From the NCBI GenBank assembly GCA_039794085.1, contig JBDIWC010000022.1, forward strand, positions 1-63,828: a DNA stretch of 63,828 nucleotides. The letters are read 5' to 3'. The notes under the pieces are model-generated. The model was not told the DNA's origin. It did not search any database and saw only the letters and a list, made by a program, of their open reading frames with translations. A program made the translations under genes and the position numbers. This document shows positions 1 through 9,036 of this stretch, piece by piece. Positions within the stretch are counted from its first letter, which is position 1, and every line of letters starts with the position of its first letter. Source of the DNA: Gemmatimonadales bacterium. GTDB taxonomy: Bacteria > Gemmatimonadota > Gemmatimonadetes > Gemmatimonadales > GWC2-71-9.

Positions 1-158
1 CCACCGCTGCCAGAGATCCTGTTTCTGTGCCGGGGTCAGCCCCGGCCGGTCGGTTCGTATCATCGGGCAACCTCTTCCGTGGAGGACTTCGAAGGAAGAT
101 GTTGCATCGACCCATTGAATGCACCGTGTGAAGTTTGAAGGGGGGGGAATCCATTTCT

Positions 159-221
159 TCAGATGTCCGCGAGCAAGAGCTCCACCGTCGCGCCCATGGC
201 GGAAGAGCGCGACGTGACGAC
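159..221 (-). pseudogene. Remnant of a Uma2 (DUF820) gene 3' end
   Basis: The minus strand reads VVTSRSSAMGATVELLLADI*, versus VVTWRSPDMGTTVEISLAELFADI* at 20268-20342. The DNA aligns with a 12-nt gap. Confidence 0.7.
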
Positions 222-234
222 GATAAGTTCCCTC

Positions 235-263
235 TTGACAGACGAACGGCCGGGTTGTATCGT
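235..263 (+). promoter_or_regulatory. sigma70-type promoter
   Basis: TTGACA (235-240), 17-bp spacer, TATCGT (258-263), upstream of the first operon. Confidence 0.7.
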
Positions 264-481
264 GTCTCTCACAATTGATGTCCCGTGGTGATTTGCCGCA
301 TATTGCAGCCACGTTAAACAAATCGCTAAAAAGCGCGGAGCCGTATCCGCGTTGGGCTCCGTTTCGCAGCTCCCTCCCCCGATTTGTTTGACTCTGGCCG
401 GCGTCTCCGATTCCTTCCGGAGAGGCCCCCCCCTGTTTCACCGGCTGATCACCTCGGGCGATGCCTGAGGAGCAAACGACC

Positions 482-1714
482 ATGCCGGATTCACAACCGA
501 CCTGCCACCCCCCCCACATCCGGGCCGACCGGATGGTTCCCGAGAGCGCCTTCGCCGTGCTGGCGGAGGCGCGTGCCCTGGAGGCGGCGGGGCGAGAGAT
601 CATCCACCTGGAGATTGGACAACCCGACGTACCGCCTCCCGCGCACGTGCTCCGCGCCCTGGAGGAGTCGCTGTGGCGTGGGGAAGTGGGTTACACCGAA
701 CCGGGAGGGCTTCCACGGCTCCGGCGCACGATTGCTGCCACGATCGCGGACGCGGGAGGTCACCAGACACCGGACGACATCGTGGTCACGCCGGGGGGAA
801 AGGCGGCCCTGCACCTCGCGATCGCGAGTCTCGTGGGGGAGGGAGAACCGGTGGCGGTGCCCGATCCGGGGTTCTCTCCCTATTCCGCGCTGGTCCACAA
901 CGCGGGTGCGGAGCCGGTACCGTACCGTGTGGGCCGGGATGAGGGGGAGACGCTCGCCTCCCTCGAGTCGGTCATCACACCGGCAACGCGGGTCGCGATC
1001 CTCAACTTTCCGCACAATCCGACGGGACAGGTGCTCTCGGCGGCGGGACGTGAGCGCCTGGCGGCACTCGCCCTTCGCCATGACCTCACCCTGGTGTCGG
1101 ATGAGGTCTACGGCGCACTGCAGTACGACGGGGAGTTCCGCTCCCTGGTTGCGGTCCCGGGCCTGGCGGAGCGGACCGTGGTCGTCAACAGCCTCTCCAA
1201 GTCCCACGCCGTGCCGGGTTTCCGGCTGGGGTGGCTGGCCGTGCCCCCGGGGGCGTCGGAGGTCGCGGATCGGGCCGAACGGATCGCGGTGAACACCTTC
1301 GGCTGCGTCGCTCCCTTCATCCAATCCGCCGGCGTGGCAGCCCTGGACGGACCCCAGACCGTCACCGAGGCGCTACGGGAACTCCTCGCCGCCCGGGCGG
1401 CGTGTGCCGGGGATCGCCTGACCGAGTGCCCCGGCGTGAGCTGGGTGGCTCCGGCCGGCGGACTCTATCTCTTCGTGAACATCACGGACGCCCTCCCGGA
1501 CGACCGGATGCCTGTGTCCCACGTGGCCGCCTGGCTGCTGCGGAATGAAGGTGTGGCCGTGTTGCCCGGCACGGCGTTTGGCCCGGGCGGCGCGGGCCAT
1601 CTGCGGATCTCGCTTGCCGCCTCCGCGCAACACCTCGCCGAGGGAATCGCCCGGATCGGGCGCGGTCTGGGCCATCTCGCGGCCGGTGAGGCGCCCGAGG
1701 CGGTGACGGCATGA
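482..1714 (+). CDS. PLP-dependent class I/II aminotransferase (aspartate aminotransferase-like)
   Basis: Motifs LEIGQPD, NFPHNPTG, SDEVY and SLSKSHAVPGFRLG. SD GAGGAG precedes ATG 482; alternative start at 461. Confidence 0.9.
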   Translation: MPDSQPTCHPPHIRADRMVPESAFAVLAEARALEAAGREIIHLEIGQPDVPPPAHVLRALEESLWRGEVGYTEPGGLPRLRRTIAATIADAGGHQTPDDIVVTPGGKAALHLAIASLVGEGEPVAVPDPGFSPYSALVHNAGAEPVPYRVGRDEGETLASLESVITPATRVAILNFPHNPTGQVLSAAGRERLAALALRHDLTLVSDEVYGALQYDGEFRSLVAVPGLAERTVVVNSLSKSHAVPGFRLGWLAVPPGASEVADRAERIAVNTFGCVAPFIQSAGVAALDGPQTVTEALRELLAARAACAGDRLTECPGVSWVAPAGGLYLFVNITDALPDDRMPVSHVAAWLLRNEGVAVLPGTAFGPGGAGHLRISLAASAQHLAEGIARIGRGLGHLAAGEAPEAVTA

Positions 1715-2577
1715 GCACGAACCGGGTGACGCTCCACACGCTGCGGGGGCTCCGCGATCGCGGCGAACGCGCGGTCTGGGTGACCGCCTATGACTATCCC
1801 ACGGCCACTTTCGCGGATCGGGCGGGGGTGGACGTGATTCTGGTGGGAGACAGCGCCGCCATGACGATGCTCGGCCTCCCGTCCACGCTCGGGATCGGCA
1901 TGAGGGAGATGCTGGTGTTCATCGGGGCGGTGGTGCGTGGTGTGAATCGGGCGTGGGTGATCGGGGACCTTCCGTTTCTGTCCTATCAGGTGTCCGACGC
2001 CGCGGCAGTGCGGAATGCGGGGCGGATGCTCGCCGCGGGGTGTGACGCGGTGAAGTGCGAGGGGGGGGAGGAAGTGGCGGGCCGGGTGCGGGCGATGACC
2101 CATGCCGGCATCGCCGTGGTGGGGCATCTCGGCCTCACGCCGCAGCGCGCGGGGCTCCTTGGCGGCTACCGGGTGCAGGGGAAGAGCCTCGCGGCCGCGC
2201 ATCGGCTCCGTCGCGATGCTCAGACCCTGGAAGATGCCGGCGCCGTCGCCCTCCTGCTCGAGGCGCTCCCTCCCGAGGTGGCGGCTCACGTCCGGGAGGG
2301 GGTCGGCGTCCCGGTCTACGGGATCGGAGCCGGGCCGGCGCTCGATGGCCAGCTTCTCATCGTGCACGATCTCCTCGGCTGCTTCGTGGGAGACATCGCC
2401 CCGCGGTTTGCCCGGGCGTATGCCGACCTGGCGACGGAGATGACCGGGGCCCTCCGCCGGTATGCCGATGACGTGCGCTCCGGAACCTTTCCCGCCCCCA
2501 GCGAGTGCTACCGGGGCGATCCCGACGTGACCCGCGCGCTTGCCGGGCACGCGACAACCGAGGGGGTGATCGAATGA
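1711..2577 (+). CDS. panB: 3-methyl-2-oxobutanoate hydroxymethyltransferase
   Basis: Motifs TAYDY, ILVGDS, GDLPFLSY, GHLGLTPQ and DGQLLIVHDLLG. Confidence 0.95.
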   Translation: MSTNRVTLHTLRGLRDRGERAVWVTAYDYPTATFADRAGVDVILVGDSAAMTMLGLPSTLGIGMREMLVFIGAVVRGVNRAWVIGDLPFLSYQVSDAAAVRNAGRMLAAGCDAVKCEGGEEVAGRVRAMTHAGIAVVGHLGLTPQRAGLLGGYRVQGKSLAAAHRLRRDAQTLEDAGAVALLLEALPPEVAAHVREGVGVPVYGIGAGPALDGQLLIVHDLLGCFVGDIAPRFARAYADLATEMTGALRRYADDVRSGTFPAPSECYRGDPDVTRALAGHATTEGVIE

Positions 2578-3845
2578 CGACCGATGGCACCGCCGCCACC
2601 CCCACCATCCCCCTCGCTCCCTGGGCCCTGCGGTGCCGAGCCTGTGAGGCGGACCACCCCCCGGCCCCGGTGGCGATCTGCCCCGCCTGTCTCGGTCCCC
2701 TCGACCCGGTGCCCCCGGTCGGCCGGCGACTCCCCAGCCGGGAGGAGATCGCAGCACGACCGACATCCCTCTGGCGCTATCGGGAGTGGCTCCCCTTCAC
2801 GGGTGACCCGGTCGTCTCCACCGAGGTGGGGTACACGCCGCTCCTCGATGCCCCCGAGCTGGCGAGGTGTCTCGGAGTCCGCCGGGTGTGGATCAAGGGG
2901 GACCTGTTCTCGGTGCCGAGTCTGTCCTTCAAAGATCGGGTCGTGGCCACCGCCCTCAACGCGGCACGGGCCTTCGGCCTGTCGGCGGTGGGATGCGCCT
3001 CGACGGGGAACCTGGGAAACGCGGTGGCGGCCCAGGCGGCAGGAGCAGGGATTCCTGCTTGGATCTTCATTCCAGAGGACCTGGAGATGGGGAAGATCGT
3101 CGGGAGCGCCGTGTGCGGTGCGCGGGTGGTGCGCATCCGGGGGCACTACGATGACGTGAACCGACTCTGCACCCAGGTGGCCGATCGCTGTGGGTGGGGA
3201 ATCGTGAACGTGAACCTGCGCGGGTATTACGGCGAGGGCTCGAAAACGATGGCGTTCGAGATCGCGGAGCAACTCGGCTGGCGGCTGCCGACCGCGGTCG
3301 TGGCTCCGATGGCCGGGGGATCCCTGGTTACCAAACTGGCCCGGGGGTTTCAGGAATTCCGCGAGGCGGGGCTCGTCTCGGGTCCGGCACCCCGGGTCCA
3401 TGGGGTCCAGGCCGCGGGGTGCGCCCCGATCATCCACCTGTTCGACCGGGGGGAGGGGAGCACGGCGATCGAACCGGTCATTCCCGCCACGATTGCCCGG
3501 TCGATCGCGATCGGAAACCCGCCCGATGGACTGTATGCCGTCCGTACCATCAGGGAGAGTGGAGGTTGGGCGGTGGCGGTGCCGGAGCGGGATCTGGTGG
3601 AGGGCATGACCCGGCTGGCGCGCACCACGGGGCTCTTTGCGGAAACAGCCGGTGGGGTGACGGTCGGTGGGGCGATCCACCTTGCCCGCCGGGGACACCT
3701 GACCGCCGCCGACGAGGTGGTGCTCTGCATCACCGGCCATGGGTTCAAGACTCCGGAGCCCGTGGCGGCCGTGCTACCCCCCGGTCCGGTGATCGCACCG
3801 CGATTCCGGGATGTTCAGAACCTGATCGACAAGGAGACGAAGTGA
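2574..3845 (+). CDS. Threonine synthase-family PLP enzyme with N-terminal Zn ribbon
   Basis: CxxC...CxxC, SLWRY, SFKDR (PLP lysine), CASTGN, EGSKT and ITGHGFKT. Whether it is a true ThrC is uncertain. Confidence 0.85.
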   Translation: MTTDGTAATPTIPLAPWALRCRACEADHPPAPVAICPACLGPLDPVPPVGRRLPSREEIAARPTSLWRYREWLPFTGDPVVSTEVGYTPLLDAPELARCLGVRRVWIKGDLFSVPSLSFKDRVVATALNAARAFGLSAVGCASTGNLGNAVAAQAAGAGIPAWIFIPEDLEMGKIVGSAVCGARVVRIRGHYDDVNRLCTQVADRCGWGIVNVNLRGYYGEGSKTMAFEIAEQLGWRLPTAVVAPMAGGSLVTKLARGFQEFREAGLVSGPAPRVHGVQAAGCAPIIHLFDRGEGSTAIEPVIPATIARSIAIGNPPDGLYAVRTIRESGGWAVAVPERDLVEGMTRLARTTGLFAETAGGVTVGGAIHLARRGHLTAADEVVLCITGHGFKTPEPVAAVLPPGPVIAPRFRDVQNLIDKETK

Positions 3846-4120
3846 TGACTGTGACTGTGCATCTTCCCACCGTCCTGGCGGCGCTGGCGGACGGCCGGTC
3901 GGAACTGGCCGGGTCGGGGGATACCGTGGGAGCCGTGGTCGAGCATCTCGCCGATACGTGGCCCCGGCTCGCGCCGCGGCTGCGGGACGGCGACGGTGCG
4001 CCGTACCCCTTTGTGACCTACTATCTCAACGACGAGGACGTCCGCTTCGCCGACGGCTTCGCCACACCGGTCCGGGATGGTGACGAGCTCGTCCTCGTTC
4101 CGGCCATCGCGGGGGGGTGA
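3845..4120 (+). CDS. MoaD/ThiS/CysO-family ubiquitin-like sulfur carrier
   Basis: 91 aa with YLNDEDVRF and a C-terminal PAIAGG diglycine. Confidence 0.92.
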   Translation: MTVTVHLPTVLAALADGRSELAGSGDTVGAVVEHLADTWPRLAPRLRDGDGAPYPFVTYYLNDEDVRFADGFATPVRDGDELVLVPAIAGG

Positions 4121-4121
4121 G

Positions 4122-5303
4122 ATGACCAGCGCCCCGTTCGCGTCGGCCCCCCCGGGATCCGGGTTCACGACCCCGGAGCTCCAGCGCTACAGCCGTCACC
4201 TGATCCTCCCCGAGGTGGGCCTGGAGGGGCAGGGGCGCCTGAAGGCGTCGCGTGTCCTCCTGATTGGAGTGGGCGGGCTGGGATCGCCCGCCGCGCTTTA
4301 CCTGGCCGCCGCCGGGGTCGGAACCCTCGGACTCGTGGACTTCGATGTCGTGGACCTCACCAACCTCCAACGCCAGGTACTGCACGGTACCGCGGATGTC
4401 GGCCGACCCAAGCTGGACTCCGCCACCGACCGGATCCGGGACGTCAACCCGCATGTGCATCTCGAACGCTTCGACACCCCTCTCACCACCGGCAACGCCC
4501 GGGAGATCGCCCGGGATTTCGACCTTATCGTGGATGGAACCGACAACTTTCCGACCCGCTACCTGGTGAACCAGGTGAGTGTGCTGCTGGGGAAGCCAAA
4601 CGTGTATGGGAGCATCTTCCGCTTTGAGGGACAGGCCTCCGTGTTCGCTCACCCCGCGGGCCCGTGCTACCAGTGTCTCTTTCCGGAGCCGCCGCCTCCC
4701 GGTCTGGTGCCGAGTTGCGCGGAAGGGGGTGTGCTGGGGGTCCTGCCGGGGATCGTGGGAACCGTGCAGGCCACCGAGGCGATCAAGCTCCTGCTGGGAG
4801 TGGGGCAACCCCTCATCGGAACCCTGCTCCTGATCGACACCCTTCGCATGCGGTTCCGGTCCCTGCGGGTGCGGAAAGACCCGTCCTGTCCGCTCTGCGG
4901 CACGCGGGAGATCCGTGAGTTGACCGCGGTGGGCGCCGCCTGTGGAACCACGGATCCGGCGTCGGAGGGTGAGTCGCCGGGGAGAGTCCGGGAGGTGGAC
5001 GCGCGGGAACTGCAGAAGTTGCTGGGACGCGGACAGGAGATCCAGGTGCTGGATGTGCGGGAGAGGTTCGAATGGGAGATCGGGGCGATCTCCGGGGCGC
5101 GCCACTGTCCCCTGGGTCAGTGGCCCGCGGCCGTGGAGGGGCTGGATCCCGCGGTGGAAACGATTCTGTACTGCAAGGGGGGAACCCGGAGTCGCCAGGC
5201 GGCCGCGATGCTGGCCGACAGAGGGTTCCAGCGGGTCGGAAACCTGACGGGGGGGATCCTGGCCTGGTGGCGGGATATCGACGGAGAGGCGCCCCGGTAT
5301 TGA
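4122..5303 (+). CDS. moeB: MoeB/MoeZ adenylyltransferase-sulfurtransferase (ThiF plus rhodanese)
   Basis: RYSRHL, GxGGLG, NLQRQ, DGTDNF, CYQC, PSCAEGGVLG, and a C-terminal rhodanese CKGGTRS loop. Confidence 0.93.
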   Translation: MTSAPFASAPPGSGFTTPELQRYSRHLILPEVGLEGQGRLKASRVLLIGVGGLGSPAALYLAAAGVGTLGLVDFDVVDLTNLQRQVLHGTADVGRPKLDSATDRIRDVNPHVHLERFDTPLTTGNAREIARDFDLIVDGTDNFPTRYLVNQVSVLLGKPNVYGSIFRFEGQASVFAHPAGPCYQCLFPEPPPPGLVPSCAEGGVLGVLPGIVGTVQATEAIKLLLGVGQPLIGTLLLIDTLRMRFRSLRVRKDPSCPLCGTREIRELTAVGAACGTTDPASEGESPGRVREVDARELQKLLGRGQEIQVLDVRERFEWEIGAISGARHCPLGQWPAAVEGLDPAVETILYCKGGTRSRQAAAMLADRGFQRVGNLTGGILAWWRDIDGEAPRY

Positions 5304-5342
5304 CGACATGTCGGATCGGGGAGGAAGAATGGGAAGAGGGTG

Positions 5343-5370
5343 TTGACAGGAGCGGATAAGCCCCTAGATT
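5343..5370 (+). promoter_or_regulatory. sigma70-type promoter of the cys/hem operon
   Basis: TTGACA (5343-5348), 16-bp spacer, TAGATT (5365-5370). Confidence 0.65.
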
Positions 5371-5379
5371 GGAGCGACG

Positions 5380-5514
5380 ATGAGACTCACGACGATTGCA
5401 CAGACGGTTCGGTTGCTGGCAACCGCCCCCGCCCTGCCCATGGCCGGGTGTATGTGCTGTTGTATGCGCCTGCTCCGGGGCTCTCGCCGCCTGTCTCACG
5501 ATCCGCCACTCTGA
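5380..5514 (+). CDS. Cys/Met-rich attenuator leader peptide (44 aa)
   Basis: MRLTTIAQTVRLLATAPALPMAGCMCCCMRLLRGSRRLSHDPPL*, lying between the promoter and a terminator upstream of cysH. It is absent from the ORF track. Confidence 0.8.
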   Translation: MRLTTIAQTVRLLATAPALPMAGCMCCCMRLLRGSRRLSHDPPL

Positions 5515-5538
5515 TGTTCTGAGTTCACGATGTGTGCC

Positions 5539-5572
5539 ACGCCCGCGGGAGTTCCCCCCGCGGGCGTTTTTG
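5539..5572 (+). terminator. Intrinsic terminator (attenuator) upstream of cysH
   Basis: 11-bp stem ACGCCCGCGGG/CCCGCGGGCGT followed by a T run. Confidence 0.85.
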
Positions 5573-5612
5573 CGTTGGCCCCCATTCACCGCACAGAGGA
5601 GCATGACAGGCG

Positions 5613-6341
5613 ATGCAGATCACAGAAGGTGTTCCGGGAAAGGACCGACCCGCCGAAGATGTCGTGGCGTGGGTGGCAGGCCGGTTTTCCCGGCGGGCCG
5701 TGGTCGTGACGACCGGATTCGGCATGGAGGGGAGCGTGCTGATTCATCTGTTGTCCCGGCACTGGGCGCGTTTCGACGTTCACTACCTCGACACGCATTT
5801 TCTCTTTCCCGAGACCCACCAGGTGCGGGAGGACCTCGCCACACGATTTCCCGGGGTGCGGTTCGTGAATGCGGGCACGAGCCTCACCGCCGAGGACCAG
5901 GCGCGCCGATATGGCCCTGAACTGTGGCGGTCGTCGCCGGATCTCTGCTGCCACCTCCGGAAGGTGGAGCCGCTCGGTGCGTTGCTCCAAGGACGGGACG
6001 TCTGGGTCACTGCTCTGCGGAGGCGATCCGCTCCCACCCGGGCTGGGCTCCTCCAGGTGGCCCGGGATCCGGTCCACCACCTGCTCAAGGTGAGCCCCCT
6101 CGCAGCGTGGAGCCGGCGTGAGGTCCGCGCCTACGTCACCCAACACCAGCTTCCGTACAACGCGCTGTACGATCGAGGCTATCCGAGCATTGGGTGCATC
6201 CACTGCACTCACCCCGTGCCCGGTCACGATCCCGATGACGACACCCGCTCCGGTCGCTGGGCCGGAACCGACAAGACGGAGTGCGGGCTGCACGTCGTCC
6301 CGGGCACCACGACCGGGGTGGGAAGGAGGAGTCTGGCATGA
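5613..6341 (+). CDS. cysH: APS/PAPS reductase
   Basis: LDTHFLFPET, CCHLRKVEP, GYPSIGCIHCT, RSGRW and KTECGLH. The CC...CxxC pattern suggests the Fe-S APS-reductase type. Confidence 0.93.
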   Translation: MQITEGVPGKDRPAEDVVAWVAGRFSRRAVVVTTGFGMEGSVLIHLLSRHWARFDVHYLDTHFLFPETHQVREDLATRFPGVRFVNAGTSLTAEDQARRYGPELWRSSPDLCCHLRKVEPLGALLQGRDVWVTALRRRSAPTRAGLLQVARDPVHHLLKVSPLAAWSRREVRAYVTQHQLPYNALYDRGYPSIGCIHCTHPVPGHDPDDDTRSGRWAGTDKTECGLHVVPGTTTGVGRRSLA

Positions 6342-8077
6342 CCGAACCACAATCAGGAGTTCCGGGAGAGAGCGCGGTGGAAGCCATCAAGCGGGCCAGT
6401 CGTGGGCTGCGGGGAGATCTCGCCCGGCAGGTCACCGATCCGGCTCTCGAGGTCTTCCCGGCCGCGGAGACGCAACTCCTCAAGTTCCACGGGGTCTATC
6501 AGCAGGAGGACCGGGACGCACGGATACCCGGGCGGCACAAGGAGCATCGCCTGATGGTCCGGGTGCGGGTTCCCGGCGGGCGCCTGACGGCCGAACAGTG
6601 GCTGGCCCTGGATCGGGTGGCGGATCGGTGCGGGAGTCCCTCGCTCCGGATCACGAGCCGACAGGGGATTCAGTACCACGGTGTGGTGAAGCACCGGCTC
6701 AAGGCCACGGTGGCGGGCGTGCACAACGCTCTTCTCACCACACTGGCGGCGTGTGGCGACGTGTGCCGGAATGTGATGGCCCCGGCCGCTCCCTATGCCC
6801 GGGGACCCTTCCGGGAGGCGCAGGATCTCGCCGGAGCAATCGCCCGAGACCTCACTCCCACCACGGGTGCCTACCACGAGATCTGGCTCGATGGAGAGCC
6901 GGTGTCGGAACCCGAGAAGGATCCCCTGTACGGTCCGGCCTATCTGCCCAGGAAGTTCAAGACCGGAGTCGCTCTCGACGTGGACAACAGCATCGACGTC
7001 CACACGCTCGACTGCGGGCTGATCGGAGTGACCCGGGAAGGGCGGATCACGGCCTATCTGCTCCTGGCGGGAGGAGGGCTCGGGATGACCCATCGCAAGG
7101 CGGACACCTTCGCGCGGCTGGCGAGCGTCATCGGCACGGTGACACCGGACCAGGCCGTGGAGGCCGTGCGCACGGTGGCGACGATCTTCCGCGACCACGG
7201 GAACCGGGCCGACCGCCGCCACGCCCGGCTCAAATATCTCCTCGAGGCCTGGGGAGTGGAGCGATTCCGTGCGGAATTCGCCCGGCGGGTGGCCTGGACG
7301 CTGGGGCCACCGGTTGCCCTGCCGCCCTCTCGACAGTTTGACCATCTCGGCTGGCACGACCAGGGGGACGGACGGGGGTTCCTGGGGGTCTTCGTGCCCC
7401 AGGGACGGGTGGTGGATGTCGCCAACGGTCCCGCCTACCGGACGGCCTTACGGGAGGTGGCCGCCACCTGTGCGCCCGGGGTGCGGCTCACGCCGATGCA
7501 GAATATCCTCTTCACCGATCTGCCACCGGAGCGGCGAATTGCGGTGGAGGAGATCCTGCGTCGTCACGGGGTCGAAGGACCAGCGGATCTCTCACCCGTC
7601 CGCCGATGGTCGATCGCCTGCCCGGCCCTCCCGACCTGCGGCCTGGCCCTCGCCGAATCCGAGCGGGTCTTCCCCTCGGTGCTGGCTCTGCTGGAAGAGG
7701 CGTTCCCGGTGCTTCGGGAGCGCGATGTGTCCCTCACCGTCCGCATGACCGGATGCCCGAACGGATGCGCCCGACCGTACAACGCCGATCTGGCCCTGGT
7801 GGGACGCCGCCCGGGGGTCTATCACGTCTATGTCGGCGGTGGTCTCCGGGGGGATCGGCTGGCCGACCTCTGGGATGAGGACGTCACCCTCGAGAAACTC
7901 TCCGAGTCACTCCAGCCACTGATGGATCGGTACGCACGGGAACGTCGGGCCGGGGAGTCCCTGGGAGACTTCTACCAGCGGTGGCGGGCGCATGACCGAC
8001 CGCGAATCCTCCTCACCGGACGGGAAGCTCCGAGTCGGCCGGTTCTGACCGGGTCGGGGGAGAGGGGTGCGCCATGA
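6338..8077 (+). CDS. cysI: Sulfite reductase hemoprotein (siroheme/4Fe-4S)
   Basis: KFHGVYQQEDRD, ACGDVCRNV, YLPRKFK, ACPALPTCGLA and MTGCPNGC. Confidence 0.93.
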   Translation: MTEPQSGVPGESAVEAIKRASRGLRGDLARQVTDPALEVFPAAETQLLKFHGVYQQEDRDARIPGRHKEHRLMVRVRVPGGRLTAEQWLALDRVADRCGSPSLRITSRQGIQYHGVVKHRLKATVAGVHNALLTTLAACGDVCRNVMAPAAPYARGPFREAQDLAGAIARDLTPTTGAYHEIWLDGEPVSEPEKDPLYGPAYLPRKFKTGVALDVDNSIDVHTLDCGLIGVTREGRITAYLLLAGGGLGMTHRKADTFARLASVIGTVTPDQAVEAVRTVATIFRDHGNRADRRHARLKYLLEAWGVERFRAEFARRVAWTLGPPVALPPSRQFDHLGWHDQGDGRGFLGVFVPQGRVVDVANGPAYRTALREVAATCAPGVRLTPMQNILFTDLPPERRIAVEEILRRHGVEGPADLSPVRRWSIACPALPTCGLALAESERVFPSVLALLEEAFPVLRERDVSLTVRMTGCPNGCARPYNADLALVGRRPGVYHVYVGGGLRGDRLADLWDEDVTLEKLSESLQPLMDRYARERRAGESLGDFYQRWRAHDRPRILLTGREAPSRPVLTGSGERGAP

Positions 8078-9036
8078 GCCGTCCTCCAGTGACCTGCCAT
8101 GCGGCCGAGCGAGATACGCTGGGGGAGCGGCACCGGGCCTGGCGCGCGGGAAACGGGGAAGGTCTCGAGTGGTCGCTCACGGGTCCCCGGTCGGGCCGTG
8201 TCGTGCTCGCGACGTGCGAACGGTTCGAAGTGTGGACCGAGGGTTCATCGGTCTCGGCGCCTCCCGGTTGGGTGCGGCGGGGGCGGGATCACACCGCCAC
8301 CGCCCATCTCTTTCGCGTGGCCTCGGGTCTCGATTCGCGGATCCCCGGGGAACCCCACATCCTGGGTCAAGTCCGCGACGCGCTGACCGACCCTCGTAAC
8401 CGGGTGACGCCACCGTTGGGGCGGCTCTTCCAGGCAGCGTTGAGAGTGGGGCGGCGCGTACGCCGACTCGCGGGCTTCGATCGTCTGCAGGCATCCTACG
8501 TTACACTAACGGTGGGTTACCTTTCTGACGTCCGTGACTCCGCGGGGCCGCCCGTGGGGATCGTGGGCGGAGGGGCGATGGCGAGGGACCTGGTCACGGA
8601 GTTGACACGCCGCGGAGGGGGTCCCGTCACCGTGCTGACCCGTCATCCGGAGCGAACGGTGGAGCGTTTCGGCGCGGTGCCCGCCGAGTGTGACATCCGC
8701 CCCCTGACGGACCTGGAGAAACTCGTTCCCGCCCTGGAAACGCTGGTGCTTGCGACCTCGGCCTCTCACCCGGTCCTCGACTTGGCCACCGTGCGACCTC
8801 GGCCAACCCGTCTCACGGTGATCGACTTGGGCATGCCCCCCAATCTGGCCTGGGCCACACCGTCCCCTCCCTGGGTCGTGGTGTGGCGACTCGAGGATCT
8901 CGGACGGGGTGCGGACCTGGCTCCGCGGATCCTCCGGCATGCGGAATTATCGGTGACCGCGGAAGTCCGCCGGTTCGTCGAACGGTACCGGGTGGCGGCA
9001 CGGTACACACAGCAGACGGGGGAGACGTGGACATGA
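8074..9036 (+). CDS. hemA: Divergent, shortened glutamyl-tRNA reductase
   Basis: TCERFE (canonical TCNR), HLFRVASGLDS, GEPHILGQVR and GGGAMA. It appears shortened at both ends. Confidence 0.75.
   Translation: MSRPPVTCHAAERDTLGERHRAWRAGNGEGLEWSLTGPRSGRVVLATCERFEVWTEGSSVSAPPGWVRRGRDHTATAHLFRVASGLDSRIPGEPHILGQVRDALTDPRNRVTPPLGRLFQAALRVGRRVRRLAGFDRLQASYVTLTVGYLSDVRDSAGPPVGIVGGGAMARDLVTELTRRGGGPVTVLTRHPERTVERFGAVPAECDIRPLTDLEKLVPALETLVLATSASHPVLDLATVRPRPTRLTVIDLGMPPNLAWATPSPPWVVVWRLEDLGRGADLAPRILRHAELSVTAEVRRFVERYRVAARYTQQTGETWT

Noticed and set aside
264..460. T-box or SAM-I riboswitch
   Set aside because: The consensus elements are not visible, so it is kept only as an unclassified structured leader.
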